Source: Neoechinorhynchus agilis (Eukaryota > Animalia > Acanthocephala). Taken from it: a stretch of 64,000 nt of DNA. Where the stretch lies: assembly GCA_051530055.1 (NCBI GenBank), contig CM121341.1:8100784-8164783 (forward strand). The letters run 5' to 3'. A program made the translations under genes and the position numbers. Below the pieces are notes generated by a model. The model worked only from the letters and a program-made list of their open reading frames with translations, did no database searches and was not told the origin of the DNA. Each line of letters starts with the position of its first letter. Position 1 is the stretch's first letter. Positions 11,017 through 21,217 of the stretch are shown here, one piece after another.

Positions 11017-12639
11017 GTGAATTCAAATGGAAATTGCTTACGAGAATCGTCTTTATGTTACCAAAACGATGTAAGTAGTCTTTTATCGCGATATCTTCAC
11101 AATGCCGATCGGTTTTATTATAGCCAAAACATTATGGAGCTGTGTAAAAGTCCACACGGCGAATCCCCGAAGTGTACCGAAGAGGATTTATATACCCAAT
11201 CTCGCAATCTCTCTCAGTACTATAAATCAGTGTTGGATTTATTAAATGAAATGGTAAATCAGTCGAGGTATTTATGGGCGAATCGAAGAGCAACTGGACC
11301 AGAAATGAGACATACAACGACCGACTACTATGAACCACACCAACAATTAAGTAACCAAATGCAGCCGAACGCTACACAATCAGACCAATCAATTGGTCAA
11401 TTTAATCAATTTGAACAGCAAGGCCCAATGTTCGAATGCCAACGAAACGAACATGGCATGCAAAACTATCACACAACGAATCAACAGCATTCGATCGACC
11501 AATCAAATCAATATGAAAGTTCGTTCTTTTACAATCAAACCCAACAGATCGGCCAATCCACTCAATTTGAGCCGACATTTCCGCCAAATCAACCTCAAAG
11601 ATCGGACCAAGTCTGGCAATCACCGAGAATACTAAATCCAACGCTCCAAAGTCAGCGATTATATCAAGCAAGACAGCCGAATCGCTATAACCCAATTAGT
11701 CAACAGCATCCGATCCATCAATTGAATCAATATGAAGTGGATTACGCACCTAATCAGTCTCTACCACTCAATCAATCAAATATGTCGATGTACAGTGATC
11801 AGCCGATTGATTTCACCGGTCAACGGCAACAACTCCATCCTGTGGGTGTATTTGACACTCAAAGAAATGTCGAGCAACAAACACAGTTTTTTAATCCCGA
11901 AATTTCCCAACCGCTAAAAGTTGAATCAAACTTTTCCGAATATGGCCGTAATCATCTCCAAGAATCGGCGATAAGATTTACAAATTCAAACGCTGCATTT
12001 AATCAATCTCAAGATCCGGTCTACATGGAACCAACTCTTCAACCAAATAATATTTTGAATGAAGAAGGTAAGATTTTAGGACAAAAAATCCGGTTTAACG
12101 CTCTTATAGAAATTCTGGGAATGAGCAGAGCACAGGCTGAGCAGGAATTGGGTTCTATGATTCCAACGATAAAGATTTTCTTAAGAGAAGTTCGGAAGCA
12201 ACATGCTCATTGTAAGTTTTTATCCGTCGTAAAATATCTTCTCAAGATATTTTTATCAGGTAAAGACCGAAGAATGTTTTACAAATCGATTGTTATCGTA
12301 AAAGAATTTCAACGTGGACGACCGCTGAGAGCCATTACGCTTAAAAAAGCTATTGATTTTGTCGAAAAAACATTGATGCCCATCATGGCATCGGAGTGGA
12401 TTCCATTGCAGTCAACGAGAACGAATCCAACTCAGTTGCAATCGGCATATTCGTCTCTTTTCGGGAATGTGGAGCGCGGAGAAACTGTCGTCGAAATCCT
12501 TAACGGCAATGAAGAAGGAGCAGAGCAGCGGATTGCTGAGAATCCTGAACGTACAAATGAATTGAACGCGACCAATAGAAAGCGTCATCGTGAAGCTTTG
12601 GAGAATGATAAAGAGAAAAACAAAAAGATTAGATTGTAA
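11017..12639 (+). CDS. G1: orphan Q/N/P-rich protein with C-terminal helical region and basic NLS-like tail (first ATG at 11134; the ORF-track start is GTG)
   Basis: 540-codon open frame conserved intact in a second copy (42686-44308 -); ends RKRHREALENDKEKNKKIRL. Confidence 0.7.
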   Translation: MNSNGNCLRESSLCYQNDVSSLLSRYLHNADRFYYSQNIMELCKSPHGESPKCTEEDLYTQSRNLSQYYKSVLDLLNEMVNQSRYLWANRRATGPEMRHTTTDYYEPHQQLSNQMQPNATQSDQSIGQFNQFEQQGPMFECQRNEHGMQNYHTTNQQHSIDQSNQYESSFFYNQTQQIGQSTQFEPTFPPNQPQRSDQVWQSPRILNPTLQSQRLYQARQPNRYNPISQQHPIHQLNQYEVDYAPNQSLPLNQSNMSMYSDQPIDFTGQRQQLHPVGVFDTQRNVEQQTQFFNPEISQPLKVESNFSEYGRNHLQESAIRFTNSNAAFNQSQDPVYMEPTLQPNNILNEEGKILGQKIRFNALIEILGMSRAQAEQELGSMIPTIKIFLREVRKQHAHCKFLSVVKYLLKIFLSGKDRRMFYKSIVIVKEFQRGRPLRAITLKKAIDFVEKTLMPIMASEWIPLQSTRTNPTQLQSAYSSLFGNVERGETVVEILNGNEEGAEQRIAENPERTNELNATNRKRHREALENDKEKNKKIRL

Positions 12640-12872
12640 TTTGAGAAATAATCTTATGAGAATGATTTCTAAAGAGATTTGTAAGTAAACGGTTGCTCTA
12701 ATCCCAATTATTCTCGAAAGTGAACTTATTCCTGTTTTGGTGCATTTTCTGCGAAAATTATTTGCTGCCGGTAGTGTTGAGCGATTAAAGAAAACGAATT
12801 TAGTCCCCTACAAAATATTAGCGCAGCACAAAAACGTAAAAGTAGATTTTTCACGGAGATGAGAGTTCAAGA

Positions 12873-12943
12873 GCATTGGTGGTTGAATGGTAGAATTCGT
12901 GATTGCTACGCTAAAGACCCGGGTTCGGTATCCGTCCAATGCA
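12873..12943 (+). tRNA. tRNA-Gly-derived pseudogene or SINE-like head (copy 1)
   Basis: 71 nt; perfect GCATTGG/CCAATGC acceptor stem; TGGTTGAATGG A-box and GGTTCGGTATCC B-box; anticodon stem mispaired; loop reads GCT instead of GCC. Confidence 0.75.
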
Positions 12944-13176
12944 ACATTCGATCGATCTTAAATCTGTCGCCAGGAAACTTCACTTTTTCAATGGATTTTT
13001 TCGACTTTTAAACAACAAATGCGAAAAAATCTGGCCGCTTGGACAATTATGAATCAGAACGAACAATGGACGCTAATATCTTACTTCTAATTTAATTTTC
13101 CTTCAGAGATTTATATACTTTTTAGCATTGTGAATGCGTTTTTTAAATGAATGATTTATAGTTTGTTTCCAATATT

Positions 13177-13210
13177 AAACGGCGCAAGGAGAAACTGTGA
13201 CATTTCGTGG
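13177..13210 (-). pseudogene. 34-bp remnant of a further forkhead-family (F) 3' region
   Basis: aaacggcgcaaggagaaactgtgacatttcgtgg matches F2 30122-30155 (antisense of HEMSQFLL.P). Confidence 0.7.
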
Positions 13211-13814
13211 AAGACGTGCGGACGTGAACCATCATTGGCATTCTGATTTTTTAAAGCTCATCTTAAAAGCCCCATCTTTATCACATATTTTACTGTATCT
13301 TCATAAATAGCAAAGGAAACGGCACCCCGTCTTCCATTTTAACATTGTGAATGAACTGATGAAATGTAGAGGTCCGAACGAAATACTCGATAGAAGGCAT
13401 TGTGGCCACACTAAAAAGCTTAAACTAAGCCAAAATTTAGTTTGTTGGGAACCGATTCGCTCTTAATCTAACATTTAAAATGTTCATGCGCGAATTGTTT
13501 CATTATACTGTCAAGTTAAAGATTACTTTTTTGGCCAAATCCATGGGACTTGATTTAGCAATTTTTCCGAAAACCAATGATTTAATGGGCCCTCTTAAAA
13601 ATAATAAAGCGCAAAACGCACAATCACCACCGTCCGCAATATTGGAGCTTCTCTCCTTCCTCGGCTATCGCTATCACGCGAGCAGCATTGCCTCGTTGTA
13701 TTGAACATTTTTTCTACAAACTTTAAAGATCAAGTCAATGTGTTTTCTTTATACCATCAAATATTGAAACCAAATTGACAATAAGCAATCTGTTAATATT
13801 TATCCCGGAACAAA

Positions 13815-15168
13815 ATGAAAATTCTCATTCAAACGAATATTTTTATCGTCCACATTCTTCATAGCATCCAAAGACACAATCGCACACTGATTTCTACTTG
13901 CGAATCATTTTGCAGCACCGCATCCATACTAAATAGATTGCGATGGTTACACTTTCCTATCGGCAAAAAGAGAAGAAATAATTTCATTTCAATGCATTTA
14001 AGATCTATAAATTGTTTTGTTGATGTTCGCATTCATGGCAGTCACGAAAACTCCCGGTCGCTTACACAGTGCACCAGAGAAGCTAAGATAAAACAATCAA
14101 TGATAGAATCAACCTTGAAAGGTCGACAATATATAGCCGAGAGCAGTAATTTCGTTGATGAAATCTTCTACGATACTCTCTATCTATGGCAATATAACCT
14201 TTGTCCAGAGAAACCTTTTGTAAGCTTTTGTTATCTAAATCACGGCTTACTCACAAGCCACATTGGCGATACGGATCATTGTGGAAAATTTAATTTAGTC
14301 AATATTTGGAAACTATTACACGCTGATTTCGAAGGACAATGGGAAAGTCTGCACCATTCTGATTCGGTGAAGAGCAAATTGATGAACATGGATCTTCTTA
14401 GCATTCAATTTCAGTTTTTCGGGGACTTGACTTTACTGCGGTTCAGGTAGAAAAAGCAGTGAACTTGTACGGTCCACCAGGAACCGGTAAAAAAACTTCC
14501 CTAATAGAAGCCCTTGCCCAGAAATTAAGTATTCGAGCTTCCAGGATCAAAATGGATTTTTATCTCATCAGAATCAATCAAGAAATGTTTTCTTCTTCTT
14601 AAATTGGCGAAACTTCTGAGAAAATACGGATGGTATTTAATGGAGTCACAACCCATTGTCTACAGAAAACAGGGGGTCAATATTGGGATTTTGACAAGAA
14701 ATCGAAGGAAAAAGGCGAAAATGAGTTTATACAAAAACCCACAAAGATCCAAATTTTTATTCCTTGTCATTTAAGGGGTAGATGGGCTTACATCAGGTTG
14801 ATTGTGTTGCTTTAATGACCTATATCGCCGGTGCTAAATGTAAAAGTGTGCCATCTGTAGCCAATCAGAATAATTTTTGTTAACGAAAGCTTTCGATTGG
14901 CTGCAACCTTTCCATATTAATTGCACAATCTACCCGCATAAATTCTGAGTAAGTTTCAGACAACAACCGCAACGTAAATACAATGCTTCGCTACCTCCAA
15001 GAAATTAAAAGAACTAATAATGTTATTCTGTTGAGTACATCCAACCTCGAATCGAACGCTTTGGATAGTTTATTTATTGATCGCGTCAACTTCATAGTCA
15101 AAACTGAGAAACCGGACGCTACGCTTCGTAGAAAGTTGCTAACAGATTACATTAAAAACATCTTTTAG
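13815..15168 (+). pseudogene. pch2: PCH2/TRIP13-like AAA+ ATPase pseudogene
   Basis: WKLLHADFEGQWESL..KSKL, VNLYGPPGTGK(K)TSLIEALAQKLSIR and VILLSTSNL..LDSLFIDRV match the TRIP13/Pch2 pattern; frameshift near 14448 and in-frame stop near 14600. Confidence 0.8.
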
Positions 15169-15220
15169 AATAATTACGCATTTCCCTCAATGAGCTCAGA
15201 AATCGAAACTTGTATCAGCA

Positions 15221-16441
15221 TTAGCTCTAATCTCAGCACAAGGAAACTTAAATCTGCGTAAGCAATGGCTTTTTATTCAGTGAGGATCGAATCTATTCGA
15301 ACGAATGGTCAATTAAGTTTCGAGAGGGTTATAAAAAGCCACGAGATATTTTGCGAGTCCATATTTTACAGATTGAATACGATTGAAATTCGTGAAAAAG
15401 TGATGACATTTTGTGTGCTTCATTTCGTATGATAAAAATAAACGGTAAAATGGTAGACAACATCGGTTTGATTATCGTGCTTAAGGCAATAATAACACTT
15501 TTATTTGTTGATGCCCAAAAAACAGGACCCATGTACCTTTGGGTCCTCGTAAACACTCGAGTTCAGAGTTGTTCAAAGAATGCGGTTGTTGATTATTTAG
15601 TGTATTATTGTTTTGGTCGGGTGGGAATGTCCGATCCGGGGATGTCCGTTCTTGTGGGAATTGGTGGTTATTGTTTACAAGAGAGCTTGTGAGGTTTTGT
15701 CTTTTCTCAGGTTCATTTCAGGTTATGATATCCGAGAAGATTTGGCGGTAAGGAAAAAGAAGCAGAGGTCGAGAGAGGTGCGAGGTAAAGGAGGATGAAA
15801 CGAATTAGGATTACGATTGTTGTGCTCATGAGAAAAATGATCGATATGTGGTCGAAATTGTGTTTCAAGGGTTGAGAGGCGTTTTGATTGTTTAATGAAA
15901 ATAACATCAATGCATTCGGTGGGGGAAAGTCAGCTGTGCAAATTTTAGATGCTCTTTTACGAAGAATTTCAAGACGAAAGATTTGAGATTTTGAAAGGTT
16001 GCAGAAGACGGGATAATCGTAGGTGATGGAGAGTAAAATAAAGGCGAAGTAAAATTTGAAGAGATCAGGTAAAGGGATTCCTAAATGTCGGAGGCGTCTG
16101 AGGAGACAAATTTTAAAGTTTGAATCCCATTTCAGATTTGATTGAAATTGGAGAATAACATCGGAGGATAAATCAAAGTGTTCAGCATAGCTCCCAGGGT
16201 CATCGTAGTTTGCGATGACCGCTGTGGTGGCCGGGCTGTTAATACTTTAGCGTCATTTGACAGTCCTTTGCCGATAGCAAGGAACCTCTTATAGACGCGA
16301 GGAACAGGCTAAAGTTGCGAAGTTTAAAAGTCACGGCTACTATCGTTTTACGGACATGAATTGCATTCCGCAAAACTATTGGGATCCTGAACTGGTCAAG
16401 TTTTCGGCATCTCCGTACCGGCCATGTAGAGTTCGTTTGCA
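15221..16441. repeat. Inverted copy of 187-1406
   Basis: Reverse complement identity. Confidence 0.92.
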
Positions 16442-18760
16442 ATATGATAGTGATGGAAAGTACATTAAGGAATTATTACCACAATCCTCAGATTGGTGGA
16501 AAGTCGTGTCCCGTAAAAAATTAACCAAGGGCTTCGGTCTGGAAAACGTAGTTCAGAATCTGTGATGCATCAGGAGCTCCCGAATTTCATATCCGCTCGA
16601 AAAAACTCGGAACTGCTCGATTTTCTCGATAACGCTCTCCCAACAATGGGGCTATCTTTGAATGTTAAGAAAAGCCAATTTATTATAAAATCGAGATCTG
16701 TATGTGACAGACGTAGAGAATTTTTTAAAGAATTTTTTCATCAAGAGTCCATGGCCAATAACAAAAAACTAAGTATCTTTGGATTCACGTTCACAGCAAA
16801 ATATAATTATACAACAAATAAAGCTAAACTCAAGAAAATTTTAAAAATCGCCAAAAGTAAGGCCGCAGAGCGGACAAACTCGCAAAATAGCAAAGTGATA
16901 TAGACAGTTTAGTCGACCACCTCAACAGCGAAACCCATTAACGAGCGCTTTTTCCGAAGCACTAATTTAACTCCCCTACCCTTGGGCACATACAGAAAAC
17001 TGGACCAAAAAGATCGATTCATGGATTGGATTGTAAAAAAATTGCCACGTAAAAAATCACCGATCTAACTTATTGATGAAACTCGATCTTCTCTCAATCC
17101 ACCATCCTCTCTTCGCGAATAAATCGTCCTTGCTTAAATGATAATTATAATGGAAATAATCAATTTCTGTTTTTCTCAAAGGACATAAGAGAATTAAAAT
17201 TACAAAATGGAAATCTTAAGATAAGAAATCACATATAAAATAAATACAATTTCGAATTTGCAAAATCAAAACATGAAATCGCTACTTAGAATGAAGATTT
17301 GAATAAGAACAAGGATAATAATGAAAGTTTAGAACTGGCAAAAAAAGGAAAAGTTAAGAGGATCATCATGATAGAAAAGAGTTTAAATAACTTTTGTATA
17401 GAAGGAAATAATTCGCTCCGTAGGAGAAAAGGGGTTAAAAAACAAATAAGAATTACGTATAATATTTCAAAAGCAAATCAGAAACCCAGGAACATCTGAA
17501 TCGCTGGTAAAATTTATGAAGCGAACATAAAATGTTTTAATCATCAAATAAAATCTAAAATAAACTGAAATGAATGATACGATCTCCAAGGCCACCAATG
17601 ATAACCTAGTCACTTTTTCACATCTAAGAAAACGGAGAACCTCAGAATTTACAAATTCGATTATGAGATTTCATTAATTTGCGAATTGCAGGGAAATAGG
17701 ACCTTAAGTAAATATTATTTAAGAAGAATTTTTCAAATATCTCGCAAATGAAAATCTAGAAAGAGATAGAATAAAAATACGAACATTAAAAAATCTCTCT
17801 TCAAATTGTTAGAATGCACTTTTAAATAAAAAAATGGATAGATTTCAAACACAAAACTTCCAATTGGATAGGCACAATTTTATACCCAGAGGTAATTGGC
17901 TAAATTTTATTTAGGAATCTTTTCGGAGTTACTCCTTCGCCAACATTTTCTACCTTCTAATAATAGCAATTTAATAAAACTATCCAAAGAAGATATCCTG
18001 TCGTTATGGGATGGTAAATTTAATGTCGACATTAATTACAGCAGAGAACTTTTATTATAACTTTGGAGTGGAAAACTATCTTTCCAAGACTTATTATTGA
18101 TAAGGCCCGGAAAATAGTAAAAAAATAATTTAAAACCCTGGTGACATAAGACTTATCGCCATTCAGAACCTTCTTATCTCAATTATAGAAAAAGTTGTAA
18201 ATAAAAATTCAAAGAACTATATTCTAAAGAAAAAATCATACCACAAAACTTCCATGGATTCACTCTTAGGTAAAGGAGTAAACTCGTTAATATATGATTT
18301 GCAGGACTTCAATAATGAAATTACTGGGGTCAATAAAGTCTTGCAATAACTTGACATTAACATAGCTTTTGATGCTATCAAACCAATTTTTATTTATGAA
18401 GTAATGAATGATTTAAGAATCCCAAGGAAATTTAAATAAAAAACGCAATTTTTTATTTGAATCCAAATCCTATTTTATGGACGTTGATCCAAACAAAACA
18501 TGCTTTCATTTTGAGAAACGGAGTGACTCAGTGCTTCCCACTGTCACCCACTTTATTGCTCATAGGAATCATAAAAAGATTTAAAACTTGTTAATAAAAA
18601 GAATTGTAAATATTGGGCCTACGCAAACGACCGATTCTTTTTAATACACAATAAAAAATTAATTGTACCTTGGCGAATCCTGTCCCCGGTGTTATCGATA
18701 CTCATTTATTCGAGAACTATGCAGAATTTTCGCAACGAAATATTTTCTAACGAGCTTAGC
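16356..18760 (+). mobile_element. Decayed non-LTR-type reverse transcriptase element(s)
   Basis: GLSLNVKKSQF..LSIFGFTF (post-YADD region) at 16650-16800; HGFT..LDINIAFDAI..GVTQCFPLSPTL..WAYAND at about 18250-18630; many stops. Confidence 0.6.
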
Positions 18761-19332
18761 CTTAAAATGATTGATCAATACGAGTTTTGAATTTCACAAT
18801 ATATATCCACGGGTTAATATTATCGATAATACAAATGTTCGTTTAGATTTTATGCGTATGATCATTTGTAGAAATAAGTGAAAGTTCGGCGAGATTTTAT
18901 TTATCTCTGCGGCTATGGGCGAATTGAGGTGGTTTCCAAGTACAAAAATGATGGTAACACGTCGGATTGCAGTTTAAATTGCGAGGAAAAATACAATGCA
19001 CTACTAAATTAGAATCAAACGTCCATTTTCACATGCAACAAAACTATTAAAACATAAATTTCAAGCAAACACACAAAAATTAGAGATTTAAAAACCTAGA
19101 AATGATCCTGTGGAGGAAATCTCTGCTTTTCTGTAGATTCATTACATAATCTACCAGTGTCCTTTGTTCGTTTTATGTTTTCAAATTTATCAATTTTCTC
19201 ATTTCACCTTCAGCCTCCGTGTCGCTGTTGCACCAAACCTCAGTGATCCGCCGTTCTCTTTCAGAGGCCGGATATCCGTGGAGAAACGAAGATTTTTCTA
19301 AATATAAATAACCTCGAAATTGGCGAAACCAT

Positions 19333-19566
19333 TTAAAATCTAACCATATCGGGAATTAATCGGCGTATATAGTCAACCATTCGGTTTCGGCATTCGTTTT
19401 CCTTTAAATCCACGATACTCAAATCATCTATCTCATTCAAATACTTTAGCTCTTGCTCATCACGAATGTTATTGTAAGAAAGATCCACAGGATTAAGCTT
19501 CGACAAGTCTTGCAATGAAAATAATCCACTTGTTATGCGATTATGTGATGCATCGAGAGATTCCAA
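19333..19566 (-). pseudogene. Leucine-rich-repeat (SDS22-like/LRRcap) gene remnant
   Basis: LDASHNRI, VDLSYNNIRDEQELKYL and VDLKENECRNRMVDYIRRLIPDM fit the LRR plus LRRcap pattern; flanks are disrupted. Confidence 0.6.
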
Positions 19567-20466
19567 ATCTTTCAGGTTCTCTTTTTTTAGAAATTATAAA
19601 TTGTTTAACGTTTCATGGTTACCCAACTACACTTCGCAAATCAGTTAGAAAATTATGAGCTATGCTTGGCTTATTTTGCTGGACAACAATAATACTAGGA
19701 ATTGACCGAAATCATAAGACGAATGTCCATCGAATGTTCTAAGGGACGAAGTGAACTTCGCCATTTAGCAATCACTCAAAGAATTTGAACAATAATCCCG
19801 TTCAATGTCTTATTTGTTGTATCAAATAAAAAGGTTTTTGTCTCTACTCTTTTTTAATTTGAAAGAAATTATCTAAGCTTTTTAAAGTTCCCAAATTTCA
19901 ATCTCGTCTATCAACTTATTGATGTAACAGTGATTTATTTTTCGTCAATATTCTTTTAAGCAGATTCAATTAGTCGATTAATTTCTTTACTTAAAAATCT
20001 AAAGCGGGAGTATTTTATCCTTACGGCTGTCGATGCGTTTACTGAACTTAATAATAAGACTTCATTTCGATTTTCAAAATCAGTGATGCTTATAAAAGTG
20101 TTTCCAAGAAATCCTTTTTATTTCCGCAAAAATATTCAGTACTTTCTAGTAATATCAAAATTCGTACTTTCATTATTTTCTGTCATTTTCCCTCAAATTA
20201 TTTTTGTTATTTGAACGAAATTACAAGCTTTTTAAAGTTCACAAATTTCAATCTCATCTATCAACTTATTGATGTAACAGTGATTTATTTTTCGTCAATA
20301 TTCTTTTAAGCAGATTAAATCAGTCGATTAATTTCTTTACTTAAAAGTCTAAAGCGGGATTATTTTATCTTTACGGCTAACAAATCTATCGTATTGATAT
20401 CAAATACAATCTGTGAAATTTTATAAATGTTGAACTTAAATCGCAAAATACGTGTTATTGTTAAGC

Positions 20467-20556
20467 TCTTCATCCGGTGAATGATTTTTTATTAAAGAAG
20501 ATGAACCTGACGAGGTTCGAAACATCTATAATAAAAAAATCATTTACCGGATAAAG
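20467..20556 (+). mobile_element. Hairpin remnant of the hammerhead-bearing repeat lacking CUG
   Basis: gatGAACCtgacgaGGTTCgaaacatctataataaaa inside an inverted repeat; partner of 5891-5980. Confidence 0.55.
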
Positions 20557-21217
20557 AATTAAACAATAATTCCAATCATTGTCCCCGGTACCTCAATTAT
20601 CAACATTTTGCAAATGACGTGTTCTTTGCCTTTTAAGTTTTAATAAATCTTTTTTTCTTAGAAATTTATTTTGAACATTCATTGAACTTTGACATTTCAA
20701 ACTTATTTGTTTAAGTGCTATCAGCCAAGGCGTTAATAAATTCGGCTTATAGAAATTCACTCAGGCATTTTTTCATTTAGAATATCTTAAAAACATTTTT
20801 GGTCATAGAGTGATTTTTTCTTTGCAATTTGATTTCAGACTCATTAAAAGTTGCCGATGATAACTATGAATCCTGTGAGTTTTGATAGCTTTTATTTTCA
20901 TGCGATATTGTCAAACTCCAAATCACATTCCCCAATGATATTTGCAAACAAATAACTGACAAGCAGCGTCGAAAAAATATACATCATGGATGTGAAAAAT
21001 TATATTTTTAAATTATATTTATCGTGTAGAATTCATCAAGAATTTTCGAAATGAAAGGCTTTCCGAAACACAAATTTATTCATTCTCTGAACTATGATAA
21101 TGATTTATTCTTATTCATCATGGGAACGACTAAAAGCTCCTTGAATATCATGAACAATATTTTATCCTTGGTCAATCGTCTCTTAAACATGGGTAAAATC
21201 AGCGATGATTGATAATA

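Larger units (their letters stand above)
9721..13180. repeat. Segmental duplication, inverted copy at about 42118-45603
   Basis: Reverse complement match covering the orphan gene G, its upstream region and the tRNA-like segment. Confidence 0.9.
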
